Counted from the stretch's first letter, positions 1-12,920 are shown. The stretch: DNA of 64,000 nucleotides from Eledone cirrhosa (GCA_964016885.1 OZ024742.1:366482001-366546000), one strand, 5' to 3'. The notes: generated by a model not told the origin, from the sequence alone. Translations and numbers: made by a program.

Positions 1-1340
1 AGTTGGTGGTGGTGTTGGTGGTGGACATGGTTGAGGTGGTGTCGTTGGTGGAGTTGGTGGTGGTGTTGGTGGTGGTGTTGGTGGTGGAGTTGGTGGTGGA
101 CATGGTTGAGGTGGTGTTGGTGGTGGAGTTGGTCGTGTTGTTGATGATGGTGCTGGAGGTGGTGTTGGTGGTGGTGTTGGTGGTGGTGTTGGTGGTGGTG
201 TTGGTGGTGGACATGGTTGAGGTGGTGTCGTTGGTGGAGTTGGTGGTGGTGTTGGTGGTGGTGTTGGTGGTGGAGTTGGTGGTGGACATGGTTGAGGTGG
301 TGTTGGTGGTGGAGTTGGTCGTGTTGTTGGTGATGGTGCTGGAGGTGGTGTTGGTGGTGGTGTTAGTGGTGGTGTTGGTGGTGGACATGGTTTAGGTGGT
401 GTTGGTGGTGGAGTTGGTGGTGGTGTTGGTGGTGGAGTTGGTGGTGGTGTTGGTAGTGGCCATGGTTGAGGTGGTGTTGGTGGTGGTGTTGGTGGTGGTG
501 TTGGTGGTGGAGTTGGTGGTGGTGTTGGTGGTGGATATGGTTGAGGTGGTGTCGTTGGTGGAGTTGGTGGTGGTGTTGGTGGTGGTGTTGGTGGTGGAGT
601 TGGTGGTGGACATGGTTGAGGTGGTGTTGGTGGTGGAGTTGGTGGTGGTGTTGGTGGTGGACATGGTTGAGGTGGTGTTGGTGGTGGAGTTGGTGGTGGT
701 GTTGGTGCTGGACATGGTTGAGGTGGTGTTGGTGGTGGAGTTGGTGGTGGACATGGTTGAGGTGGTGTTGGTGGTGGAGTTGGTGGTGGAGTTGGTTGTG
801 TTGTTGGTAGTGGACATGTTTGAGGTGGTGTTGGTGGTGGAGTTGATGTTGGTGTTGGTGGGGGAGTTGATGGTGGTGTTGGTGGTGGACATGGTTGAGG
901 TGGTGTTGGTAGTGGTGTTGGTGGTGGACATGGTTGAGGTGGTGTTGGTGGTGGAGTTGGTGGTGGTGTTGGTGGTGGACATGGTTGAGGTGGTGTTGGT
1001 GGTGGAGTTGGTGGTGGTGTTGGTGCTGGACATGGTTGAGGTGGTGTTGGTGGTGGAGTTGGTGGTGGACATGGTTGAGGTGGTGTTGGTGGTGGAGTTG
1101 GTGGTGGAGTTGGTTGTGTTGTTGGTAGTGGACATGTTTGAGGTGGTGTTGGTGGTGGAGTTGATGTTGGTGTTGGTGGGGGAGTTGATGGTGGTGTTGG
1201 TGGTGGACATGGTTGAGGTGGTGTTGGTAGTGGTGTTGGTGGTGGCCATGGTTGAGGTGGTGTTGGTGGTGGTTTTGGTGGTGGTGTTGGTGGTGGTGTT
1301 GGTGGTGGTGTTGGTGCTGGCCATGGATGAGGTGGTGTTG
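1..1340. repeat. GGT/GTT triplet-derived low-complexity array with higher-order units (GGACATGGTTGAGG landmarks)
   Basis: Sequence is built almost entirely of GGT/GTT/GGA triplets. A variant block (GGACATGTTTGAGG) recurs at 812 and 1130, a 318-bp internal duplication. The frame is broken near 392. Confidence 0.95.
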
Positions 1341-2247
1341 GTGTGTGTGGTATGGTTTTGTGTGTGGTGTGGTGTGTGTTGTGGTGTGTAGTGGCGAGGT
1401 GTGGTGTGTGGTGTAGTGTGTGGTGTGTGGTGTGTGGTGTGGTGTGTGGTATGTGGTGTGTGGTGTGGTGTGCGGTGTGGTGTGTGGTGTGGTGTGTTGT
1501 GTGGTTTGTGGTGTTGTGTGTGATGTGTGTTGTGTGTGTGTCTGGTGTGTGATGTGGCGTGGTGTGGTGTTTGTTGTGTGGTGTTTCGTGTGTGGTGTGT
1601 GGTGTGTGGTGTGTATTGCGTAGTGTGTGGTGTGGTGTGTGGTGTGGTGTATGGTGTGTGATGTGGTGTGATGTGTGGTGTGTGGAGTGGTGTGTGGTGT
1701 GGTTTGTGAGGTGGTGGTGCGGTCTGTGGTGTGTGAGGTGGTGGTGCGGTCTGTGGTGTGTGTGGTGCGTGTGGTGTGGTGTGGTGTGTGTATGTGGTGT
1801 GTATGTGTGGTGTATGTAGCGTGTGCGTGGTGTATGTGGTGTGAGAATGTGGTGTGTGGTCTGGTGTGTGGTGTGGTGTGTGGTGTGTTTTGTATGTGGT
1901 GTGTGTATTTGGTGAGTGTGGCTGGTGTGGTGTGTGTGTGGTGTGTGGTGTGGTGTGTTGTGTGTGGTGTGGTGTGCGTGTGGTGTGGTGTGTGTGGTGT
2001 GCTGGGTGTGTGTGGTGTGTTTGCTGTGTGTGGAGTGTGTGTGGTGTGTGTATCTGGTGTGTTTGAGGTGTGGTGTGGTGCGTGTATGTGGTGTTTATGT
2101 GTGCTGTATGTGGTGTGTGTGTGTGGTGTATGTCGTGTGAGAATGTGGTGTGTGGCGAGTGGTGTGGTGCGTGTGTGTGTGGTGTGTGTGTGGTGTGGTG
2201 TGTGGTTTGGTGTGTGTGGTCTGGTGTGGTGTGTGGTGTCGTGTGTA
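1341..2247. repeat. Degenerate (GT)n/(GTGTG)n simple-sequence tract
   Basis: Mixed GT dinucleotide and TGTGG pentamer repeats; the C/V/W-rich ORFs over it are compositional artefacts. Confidence 0.95.
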
Positions 2248-2254
2248 TGTAAAA

Positions 2255-2497
2255 TCCCGGGAGCTCAATTTGCTGGCCACTGTCACCGTGCCAGCAATGA
2301 AATTATATCCGCTCTCTTGCTCTGGAAGCCTGACTCCATCCTGACTAGGAGTAGGAAGCTGTCATTCCCTGACGTTATCTCTAGGGATACGGGAATCAGT
2401 AGACAGGACCTGGGGGCAGCGATGGGGGACAGGGAATTCTGGGGCATGAGAGTGAGACCCATCATCTCGACAGTAGTCGACGAATGATGATGACGAT
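2255..2497 (+). mobile_element. 3' fragment of an RTE-like non-LTR retrotransposon
   Basis: Translation QFAGHCHR..EIISALLLWKP....RKLSFPDVISRDTG...AMGDREFW..RV resembles the post-RT C-terminus of RTE-clade LINEs; it ends in a TGATGATGACGATG tail. Confidence 0.7.
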
Positions 2498-2645
2498 GTA
2501 TGCAGTATGATATAGGATGAGTGTATATGTGTGAAGTTGATATAATGAAATTACAATATATGACTGGTACTCAGCAATAACTCATAGCAATAGAACAGGA
2601 ATCTGTAAATAATGTAAAACAGTTGCCACATCATAAATAAACGTC

Positions 2646-4447
2646 TATCATACAATATGAAATATACACCACAAATGTGGTGGGTCACCTTTACCAACCG
2701 CAGGTCTTATTTAACTATCATACAATATGAAATATACAACACAAATGTCGTGGTCACCTTTACCAACCGTTGGTCTTATTTAAATATACAATATGAAATA
2801 TAGACCACAAATGTCGTGGGTCACCTTTACCAACCGTTGGTCTTATTTAAATATCATACAATATGAAATATACACCACACATGTCGTGGGTCACCTTTAC
2901 CAACCGTTGATTTTATTGAAATATCATACAATATGAAATATACACCACAAATGTCGTGGGTCACCTTTACCAACCGTTGCTCTTATTTAAATATCATACA
3001 ATACGAAATATACACCACAAATGTCGTGGGTCACCTTTACCAACCGTTGGTCTTATTTAAATATCATACAATATGAAATATACATCACAAATGTCGTGGG
3101 TCACCTTTACCAACCGTTGGTCTTATTTAAATATCATACAATATGAAATATACATCACAAATGTCGTGGGTCACCTTTACCAACCGTTGGTCTTACTTAA
3201 ATATCATACAATATGAAATATACACCACAAATATCGCTGGTCACCTTTATCAACCGTTGGTCTTATTTAAATATCATACAATATGAAATATACACCACAA
3301 ATGTCGTGGGTCACCTTTATCAACCGTTGGTCTTATTTAAATATCATACAATATGAAATATACACCACAAATGTCGTGGGTCACCTTTACCAACCGTTGG
3401 TCTTACTTAAATATCATACAATATGAAATATACACCACAAATGTCGTGGGTCACCTTTACCAACCGTTGGTCTTATTTAAATATCATACAATATGAAATA
3501 TACACCACAAATGTCGTGGGTCACCTTTACCAACCGTTGGTCTTACTTAAATATCATACAATATGAAATATACACCACAAATGTCGTGGGTCACCTTTAT
3601 CAACCGTTGGTCTTACTTAAATATCATACAATATGAAATATACACCACAAATGTCGTGGGTCACCTTTATCAACCGTTGGTCTTATTTAAATATCATACA
3701 ATATGAAATATACACCACAAATGTCGTGGGTCACCTTTACCAACCGTTGGTCTTACTTGAATATCATACAATATGAAATATACACCACAAATGTCGTGGG
3801 TCACCTTTATCAACCGTTGGTCTTATTTAAATATCATACAATATGAAATATACACCACAAATGTCGTGGGTCACCTTTATCAACCGTTGGTCTTATTTAA
3901 ATATCATACAATATGAAATATACACCACAAATGTCGTGGGTCACCTTTACCAACCGTTGGTCTTACTTAAATATCATACAATATGAAATATACACCACAA
4001 ATGTCGTGGGTCACCTTTACCAACCGTTGGTCTTATTTAAATATCATACAATATGAAATATACACCACAAATGTCGTGGGTCACCTTTACCAACCGTTGG
4101 TCTTACTTAAATATCATACAATATGAAATATACACCACAAATGTCGTGGGTCACCTTTATCAACCGTTGGTCTTATTTAAATATCATACAATATGAAATA
4201 TACACCACAAATGTCGTGGGTCACCTTTACCAACCGTTGGTCTTATTTAAATATCATACAATATGAAATATACACCACAAATGTCGTGGGTCACCTTTAC
4301 CAACCGTTGGTCTTATTTAAATATCATACAATATGAAATATACATCACAAATGTCGCTGGTCACCATTATCAACCGTTGGTCTTATTTAAATATCATACA
4401 ATATGAAATATACACCACAAATGTCGTGGGTCACCTTTATCAACCGT
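2646..4447. repeat. 70-bp minisatellite, ~26 copies
   Basis: Unit ATCATACAATATGAAATATACACCACAAATGTCGTGGGTCACCTTTACCAACCGTTGGTCTTATTTAAAT; period 70 (e.g. TCACC at 2821 and 2891). Confidence 0.97.
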
Positions 4448-5518
4448 AAGAAGTACTCAATACCTTCCATCCTAGTCTGTCATGGCTTACTAGCTCTATA
4501 CGGACGTCTGTTGTGTCTCAACTATAAGAACTACTCAATACCTTCCCCTCTAGTCTGTCATGACTTACTAGCTCTATACGGACGTCTGTTGTGTCTCAAC
4601 AGTAAGCAGTACTTAATACCTTCTCCTCTAGTCTGCCATGTCTTACTAGCTCTATACGGACGTCTGTTGTGTCTCAACAGTAAGCAGTACTCAATCCCTT
4701 CCACTCTAGTCTGCCATGTCTTACTAGCTCTATACAGACGTCTGTTGTGTCTCAACAGTAAGAACTACTCAATACCTTCCCCTCTAGTTTGCCATGTCTT
4801 ACTAGCTCTATACGGACGTCTGTTGTGTCTCAACAGTAAGAAGTACTCAATACCTTCCCCTCTAGTCTGTCATGTCTTACTAGCTCTATACGGACGTCTG
4901 TTGTGTCTCAACAGTAAGAAGTACTCAATACCTTCCCCTCTAGTCTGTCATGTCTTACTAGCTCTATACGGACGTCTGTTGTGTCTCAACAGTAAGAAGT
5001 ACTCAATACCTTCCCCTCTAGTCTGTCATGTCTTACTAGCTCTATACGGACGTCTGTTGTGTCTCAACAGTAAGAACTACTCAATACCTTCCCCTCTAGT
5101 CTGTCATGTCTTACTAGCTCTATACGGACGTCTGTTGTGTCTCAACAGTAAGAAGTACTCAATACCTTCCCCTCTAGTTTGCCATGTCTTACTAGCTCTA
5201 TACGGACGTCTGTTGTGTCTCAACAGTAAGAAGTACTCAATACCTTCCCCTCTAGTCTGTCATGTCTTACTAGCTCTATACGGACGTCTGTTGTGTCTCA
5301 ACAGTAAGAAGTACTCAATACCTTCCCCTCTAGTCTGTCATGGCTTACTAGCTCTATACGGACGTCTGTTGTGTCTCAACAGTAAGAACTACTCAATACC
5401 TTCCCCTCTAGTCTGCCATGTCTTACTAGCTCTATACGGACGTCTGTTGTGTCTCAACAGTAAGAACTACTCAATACCTTCCCATAGTCTGTCATGACTT
5501 ACTAGCTCTATACAGACG
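4446..5518. repeat. 78-bp minisatellite, ~14 copies
   Basis: Unit AGTAAGAAGTACTCAATACCTTCCCCTCTAGTCTGTCATGTCTTACTAGCTCTATACGGACGTCTGTTGTGTCTCAAC; period 78 explains the 26-aa repeat ORF 4403-5497. Confidence 0.97.
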
Positions 5519-5589
5519 TTTAAATTTATTAAATAAATAAATAATAAATAATATAACGTAAAGAAGAAACTATGCCTGAGTGTATGTTG

Positions 5590-5883
5590 TTCCTTCGTCG
5601 TTGTCGACGAAGAATATCCCCATCGTTTGAACAAAGTAACAGCCTGCTGTTGAAATTAATAGGCCAGAGCCTGAGCATTTCTCTGATAAGTGTACCTGAG
5701 CTTAGATCTCACGGAGATTCAGTGAGACAAAGGGTATGACAAAGCTGGCCGTTTGAAATACAAGTAAAACATAGTTTTTTCGGCTGAGTAGACCAGAGCG
5801 ACAGGAAATAAAGCGCCAGGTCTCAAACATTCGAGGTTGAGATCGAAAGCCGAACACTCTAACCACTAAGCCATGCCTCTTCA
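5590..5883 (-). mobile_element. tRNA-derived SINE (degenerate)
   Basis: Minus strand begins GAAGAGGCATGGCTTAGTGGTTAGAG (A box) with a degenerate B box GTTTGAGACC; the head is similar to those at 19262(-), 8765(+) and 48069(+). Confidence 0.65.
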
Positions 5884-5951
5884 CAAAGCTGAAACTAGAA
5901 TACACTGTAAAGGTTTACTACATCAGAATGTAAAGTGAAATCTATAATATA

Positions 5952-6132
5952 ATTGTTTCTACTTTTTGCACAAGACCAGCAATTACCACAGTGCATTACT
6001 GGTACTTTATTTGATCGACCCCGTAAGGATGAAAGGCAAAGTTAACTTCGGCGGGATTTGAACTCAGAATTGCAGGGGCCGTAACTCTATGCATCAAAGC
6101 ATGACGTCCAACCCTCTACCGATACTGCCAAA
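5952..6132 (-). mobile_element. SINE with conserved CTTTGCCTTTCATCC..GGGGTCGAT..AAGTACCAG core
   Basis: Reverse complement of the family seen on + at 34870, 47630, 59050 and 60890, with B box GAGTTCAAATCC and 3' GTGCCAAAAGTAGAAACAAT. Confidence 0.8.
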
Positions 6133-6349
6133 GGGTTAAGTTAGACCGGGATCTGTAATATATTCAAGGGCAATAAATAACAAAATAATAAAGCTTGATA
6201 TAAACTAAAACCTAACTAAAATAGCTAGTACACTATAAACACTTAGCGTAGGACCCCTAAAAATGTAGGGTCTGTAGTAAATGCTATGTTTGCTATTAGG
6301 TTAATTCGACACTGTATGTTAACTCTTAACATCTTGTAATGATTTAGCA

Positions 6350-7020
6350 GAAATAGGTTTGTTAATTCAAATGTTTATAGTAATTTTAGTGGTGGAGAGA
6401 ACATTGTGAAAACTGCCAGTATTTGAGTAAAGACATTAATTGTTTCTACTATTGGCACAAGGCCAGCAATTACCCAGTACATTACTGGTACTTTATGTTA
6501 TCGACCCCGTAAGGATGAAAGGCAAAGTTAACTTCGGCGAAAGACGTTAATGTTTAGATGTGCTGTTTTATACATTTTAATAGAGATAGTTTAATTCAAA
6601 TGTTTATATCTTGTATAATTAACAAATCATTGTGAAAACTTACTGTATTAGAGGAAAGTGTTTACTGTTTAATATGTTAGAGTCATTCTGCTGTTTTATA
6701 CTTTTGAGAAATGCTTTGTTAATGAGATTATTTAAGTTTAGATATTTATAGTATCTTCATTAGTGGACAGATCATTTGAAACATGTGTTAGAATGTAGGC
6801 TTTAATTGTTAATGTGATGCAATGACAGTCCTGTTTTATACTAACTTTACTTGTGAACAAATTGTTGTGAAAACTGGCATTAGAGTAAATCCTTTATTTT
6901 TTAATGTAATGCAGTTATATGAAGAATGATTTGGTAATGTGGATTTTTTAGTTCAATTGTTTATAGTATGTTTAATAGTGGAGAGATCATTGAGAAAAGT
7001 GCAGTAAAAACTTTATTTTT
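6350..7020. repeat. Old, diverged AT-rich tandem repeat (~115-120 bp period) interrupted by a SINE piece
   Basis: Motifs TTCAAATGTTTATAG..GTGGAGAGATCATTGTGAAAACT recur at ~6365, 6595, 6740, 6860 and 6955; SINE core at 6438-6539 (-). Confidence 0.5.
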
Positions 7021-7194
7021 TATTGTGATGTTCTCGTAGTGTTTTGTACATTTAATGTGGTCTGATGTGGTACAGGACGTTATGAGTTAATGTGTACTTT
7101 CTATTGTAATGTAGAGTACGCTTATTATATAAGAGAAAGAAACTAGAATACCATGTCAAATGGGGAGGACATTACAGTACAATATAAAACGGAG

Positions 7195-7228
<34 letters not shown>

Positions 7229-7378
7229 CTACAACTACTACAACTAATACAACTACTACAACTACTACAACATTACAATACATGCAGAGATGCTTTTTAT
7301 ATGCCAGCTTCTCTCTTTTAAAAATAAAAAAAATCAATAGTGGTATTTAAAGAAATAATATATATATATATATATATA

Positions 7379-7454
<76 letters not shown>

Positions 7455-7767
7455 AAAGATGTATTTTATATTATTTTTTTCTCTCATTACTTCGAATTAT
7501 ATTTCGTTGAAATTTCCAGAAGAGAAAATATAATGTCGTTATCTACTTCAACATAGCTCCAACAACAACAACAGTAGCAACAACAACAAAAACAATAGCA
7601 GCAACAACAACAACAACAACAATAGCACCACCACCGACAACAACAACAACAACAACAACAGCAACAACAAAAATAACAACAACAATAGAAACAACAATAG
7701 AAACAACAATAACATCAACAACATTAACAACAACAACAACAATAGAAAGAACAATAACATCAACATT

Positions 7768-7816
<49 letters not shown>

Positions 7817-7850
7817 GCAACAACAACAGCAACAATAGCAACAACAACAG
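7195..7850. repeat. Microsatellite cluster (ACA)n, (TA)n, (GA)n, (AAC)n
   Basis: Direct inspection. Confidence 0.95.
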
Positions 7851-8761
7851 ACAAGAGTTATTTCCAGTGCGAATCTAGGACATTTAGCGTTCATGGAAAT
7901 CGAATGAACCTCCGTCGATTGAACGATGATCGTGTCAGTTGTTGGATCAACATAACACGTGATATGGTATAAGAGAAGGTATGGTGTCATTGCTGGTCCT
8001 TTACATTACAGGTACAGTCCATCAGACTGGCTTTGAAAGTGTTTACCTCTACAATATTTCAACCACGAGGAATTGGTTGACTCGAGGTTGTGATAAAGGA
8101 CATATTTCCAAGGTGTCACACAGGGGAGCTCGAGCTCAGGGTCTAACGATTGTGAAAGGAACATCTGACTCATTCGGTCACGCTGTTCCTTATTTAGTCC
8201 TTTTTTATTATAGGTTTTTGTTGTACCACATGGTGAACCACATGTTACAGGTATGAGTATAGGACATTACTATAGTATATCTACAAGACATTACTATGGT
8301 TGTCATTGCAGACTCTCCCCGATAGGGAGATCTCCCACCCACTTTGGGTTAAGGGACAGATGTCTTCTCTTGTGAAAATAGCTATAGCTTTCATTATGTA
8401 AAATCTACCCATTTTGTCTCATTTCTCCCAGTTTTGGGACACTTTTTTTTCATGGAACTCCCCGTTTGGGTTTTCAGGGGTTGGTAGGTTTGTAATGGCT
8501 ATAATCATCATCATCATCTTAATCTTATTGTAATTGCTATCTCACATACACATAATTGTTTCTACTTTTGGCACAAGGCCAGCAATTATCCCAGTGTATT
8601 ACTGGTACTTTATTTTATCGACCCCTATCTCATATACACATAATGTCAACCTCACAACAAAAATAAGGAGATTCTATAATTTCAGGCAACAAGAATTGAA
8701 CAGATAAGGTTTCTTAGCAGCAATTACCATTTCAGCAGAACAACAGAGGGAACTTTATATC

Positions 8762-8928
8762 TGGTGGTAGCTGAGTGGTTAGGATGTTGAACTTAGAATC
8801 ACAATGTCATATATTCGATTCCTGGACCTGGATGTGTGTTGTGTTCTCGAGCAAAACACTTCATTTCATCTTGCTCCAATATACTCAGCTCGATATAAGT
8901 ACCTGCAGTAGCTGGGGGTTTAACCCTA
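8762..8928 (+). mobile_element. tRNA-derived SINE head
   Basis: A box TAGCTGAGTGG, B-box-like ATTCGATTCC, followed by GAGCAAAACACTT..TTTCA..TTGCTCC shared with 48069-48187. Confidence 0.65.
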
Positions 8929-8929
8929 C

Positions 8930-9006
<77 letters not shown>

Positions 9007-9013
9007 ATGTATA

Positions 9014-9889
9014 CGAGGTGTGTCAGAAAAGTTCCAGGACTGATGTCACAAAAGATTTATTTCAAACCCAAACTTCACACTAACAGTTTTCTCCTTCAAA
9101 GTAATCCCCCTGGAGTATGTAACTGTAATCTTAGCTTTCTGCAGCGATCAAACTTTTTTCTTCATAATTTTATATACATGTCCTCTGTTTCAGGTCGTCA
9201 AGCAATGAGGGCAGAGCAACGAACAAACTTGAAGTTTCTGGTACGGTTGGGGAAAACTCCGTCAGAAGCACTGAGATTACTGCAGCAAGTGTATGGAGAT
9301 GAGACGATGTCACGCTCATATGTTTTTGAGTGACCCCAGGAGCGGAAGGCCCTCAACAACCAGGACTGAGGTCAACGTTGAGCGCGTCAGGCAGATGGTG
9401 CGTAGCGATCGTCGGCTGACTGTTTGACTGATGGCAAATGAGCTGGGCATGAATCGGGACAGCGTCTGGAAGATTCTCACTGAAGATTTGGCCATGCGGA
9501 AAGTCTGCACGAAGATGGTGCCAAAACTGCTGAACGATGACCAGAAGGGTCGATGCATGCAAGTGTGCCAGGACATCCTCGAGCATCTTGAAACCGAACC
9601 AGACTTGCTAGGGACAGTCATCACCGGTGATGAGTCATGGATCTTCGAGTATGACCCGGAGGGGACCCGTTTTGAAGACGTGGACGACATCAAAAAGGCC
9701 GTGACAACGGAACTGCAGAGGATCTCAGAAGAATCCTTCCAGGAGTGCATGCAAGCGTGGCAGAAAAGGATGGAAAAGTGCATTAGACTCCAGGAGGATT
9801 ACTTTGAAGGAGAAAACTCTTAGTGTGAAGTTTGGGTTTTAAATAAATCTTTTGTGACATCAGTCCTGGAACTTTTCTGACACACCTCT
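9014..9889 (+). mobile_element. Internally deleted Tc1/mariner (mariner-type) DNA transposon with TA target-site duplication
   Basis: Inverted repeats 9014-9116 and 9787-9889 (CGAGGTGTGTCAGAAAAGTTCC...), each flanked by TA, with transposase remnants inside. Confidence 0.95.
9205..9823 (+). pseudogene. Mariner transposase remnant (stop/frameshift and loss of most of the DD34D domain)
   Basis: MRAEQRTNLKFLVRLGKTPSEA (HTH), PRSGRP, VPKLL (WVPHEL-like) and ITGDESW (first catalytic D) jump directly to C-terminal GTRFEDVDDIK...DYFEG; the second and third Asp motifs (YSPDLAP) are absent. Confidence 0.9.
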
Positions 9890-10077
9890 TATATATATAC
9901 ATAAGAAGGTAAGGTTTTTTCAAAATGTCCCACACGGGTAAAAAAATAAGGAAAAGAATTTGAAAATGCCGCTGGAGTCTTTCAGGAATACTTAGTTACT
10001 TTACTGGTTTTACAGTACTTATGATTTTCAGAAGTAAAATTGAGATGGAGGGTTTGTGTTTCTGTTGTAGTTTGTCT

Positions 10078-10138
<61 letters not shown>

Positions 10139-10437
10139 ATCTGTGTGTCTCTGTGTGTTTGTGTGTGTGAGTGTAACTGATTACGTGAGTGTATTGATTT
10201 TAAAGAAAAATAAGTTTTCAGGTATATTTTGTTTCCATCCTTTTTAAGGTTCTAATACGTTTCTTAAGATTTCAAATTCTTTTTCTATGTATTTGAAAAA
10301 ACAAAGAATTCTAGACAGGCTTATATTCTAGTCTTCCATGTTCTTATATTCTATCATTATACCTCCTAATGTAGTATTTAAATTTCCTCTTGTATATTTC
10401 TATATAAACAACCACATACACACACACACGCACACAC

Positions 10438-10531
<94 letters not shown>

Positions 10532-10637
10532 GTATACATATATATATATAACGAAGGAAGTGTGGTAAGGAACCAGGTGGACCATAAAGCACCAGAGTAC
10601 TCGATACTTTGTGGGTAATAGGGAAAGGGTCAGAACC

Positions 10638-10719
10638 CCGATGGCAGAGCTCAAGCCGTTTCGACAGCTAGATCTGGACTCAGAAATACCTGTCGAAACG
10701 ACTTGAGCTCTGCCGTCGG
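10638..10719. other. 30-bp inverted repeat with 22-nt loop (stem-loop)
   Basis: CCGATGGCAGAGCTCAAGCCGTTTCGACAG (10638-10667) pairs with 10690-10719 with 2 mismatches. Confidence 0.85.
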
Positions 10720-10830
10720 CAGATATATAGATATATATATATAGAAATAATAATAAACGTGAAGACTAAAATCCAAAGAGGGCTCGATAAGGATAAATAT
10801 ATATGAAATATATAAGAACCCTAGAGCAAA

Positions 10831-11110
10831 TATTTATTAAAATAACAGATTAAAGTTTAAGCAAAGAATCGCTGCTTTCACCCTTAACGGGATCTTCTGA
10901 AACAAAAAAAAATCAATCTGTGAACGCAGAAGTAAATATTTCGAAAAACGTTGCAACCGAAGGAAAACAGGAAGACGATACTTTGGTTCGTGAAGACGTT
11001 CCCTGGCAATGAACGGAAAAAAGCGAAGATAATACGTCGTTATGTAGATTCCGTTAAGGGTGAAAGCAGCGATTCTGTGCTTAAACTTTAATCTGTTATT
11101 TTAATAAATA
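10831..11110. mobile_element. MITE-like element with ~65-bp inverted ends
   Basis: Arms 10831-10895 and 11046-11110 are reverse complements. A further inverted partial copy lies at ~11124-11180, and a second family member at ~55356-55555. Confidence 0.7.
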
Positions 11111-12242
11111 AATATATATGTATAATCGCTGTTTCACCCTTAACGGGATTGACATAACGACGTATTATCTTCGCTTTTTTTCCCTCGGTTCTGAATGAGT
11201 GTTCCAGTCATTCCAACAACGGAATAGCCTGCTCATAGCGGACGGCCTGTGTTTTTCTGGTACGTGAAGAAAACGTTTCTCGCCATCCATATTACGGCCC
11301 CCTACTTTCGACATACCACGCCAAGAGTCGCATCTGGCGTAGTTAGTTGTCTCCCCTTGTCTTTGCCAATTAATACTAGTCTTAGACGGTTTACACTACA
11401 TCACAAAACTCTACCTGCGGTGGATGTTGTCTGTCTTTACTCCAACTGAGCCGGAAGTATTTTTTCTCACTTCTGTCAATATTATCTCCTATCTGTCATT
11501 GGTATCTGTCCTCTGTCTACCGACAGAGAAGCTCGCCACAATAACGCTATCCGACTTTCTTCGCTTCGTACGGATGTATAATAACGCACACACACACACA
11601 CACATGCTTACGCACGTGCACAAGTATAGCTCTTTTTACAAAACGTTTTTTTTCCATTTCAAGTAGACGCGCCCCATAACCACTTTTCTAAAAAATAAAT
11701 CAAGCACAAAACGCCAGCACCAACAGTTTTGCAAGAGATGTCAACATGAATGGACCTGTTACTTTTATCTAAAGACATTTTTTCCAGTTCCAACCCGCCC
11801 GTCCCCTCAATCTATCTTATTTCTCATTCTTTCTTCTTATTAAGGACTAACGTCCGAAACCTTAAGACCTTCTTCCTGCTATATCAAGCGTTAACCTAAT
11901 ATATCCCTTCCATATGCAGTATCGAATATCGTTTGACCGTCTTTCTTACACACTCATGTAATTAAAAACATGTTTGTTTTTCAATTATATTTGTTTGATT
12001 TCTACTGTTCGTGGTGTACCCAGTACCATCAGTATTTAGTTATCAACTGTTTACATTTCTTGTCGACTGTATTTTGTTTTGTGTCTCTATTTGCGTACAT
12101 CAACGGGCTTTATTTTGAGTCCATCGCTGTGATTCTCTTTTGGGTGGCAGATTTCTATTCTTACCACCTAACACGCGAGACTACCACCTACAAGTAGTTT
12201 GTTTCGTCCTGCCTTCTAGTTGAAGTTTTCACTTACTTATCT

Positions 12243-12351
<109 letters not shown>

Positions 12352-12714
12352 GAACGAAAGTTTAGAAAGGATTATTCTTAAAACATTTAATAGAAGTACG
12401 AATGTTTCGTTAGAAAAACGAATGAAAACTTCATCCCACCAAGAATAACTCAGCAGAGTAAATTAAATACAAATAATTTACCTAACATTGTTTGCTATAC
12501 CAGTGGAAGAAGTTAGCAAAATTATGAATAATATCGTTTAAATATGAAAATGTTAAACGTGTGGAAGCCTAAAATAGTAATTAAGATTAATGAATGGTAA
12601 AGCATTTACCCTTAATATCGATAGATATTTAATTAACTATATTATATTGTTATAAAACGGAAAACATACACTAAAGTAGACATAGATTTTATACTAATGG
12701 GAATTATAAGCCTA

Positions 12715-12920
12715 CTAGCAGGCCCGTCCGGCTGGCGGCCGGCTAGGTATACCTGCGGCTGGCCAACTCAGCGCTTATGGTGGTGAGTAAGGATCTAGCC
12801 CTGGGGCCGAGGACACCAGAAGTCTCCACTGCCAGGGGTACGACCGCAAACCTGTCGGAGAGCGACTGGTATTTGAGGATTTAGCCCCCTCAGCCCGACA
12901 TGCAGCAGAACCTGGGTATA
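12715..12920 (-). mobile_element. Probable Helitron 3' terminus (GC-rich island)
   Basis: Minus strand ends in a GC hairpin (CCGGCCGCCAGCCGG) ~10 nt upstream of a terminal CTAG, followed by T. Confidence 0.4.

Noticed and set aside
4403-5497. 364-aa repeat protein (LRR-like appearance)
   Set aside because: Arises from a 78-bp minisatellite; the start codon lies in the neighbouring 70-bp array and no real domain consensus is present.
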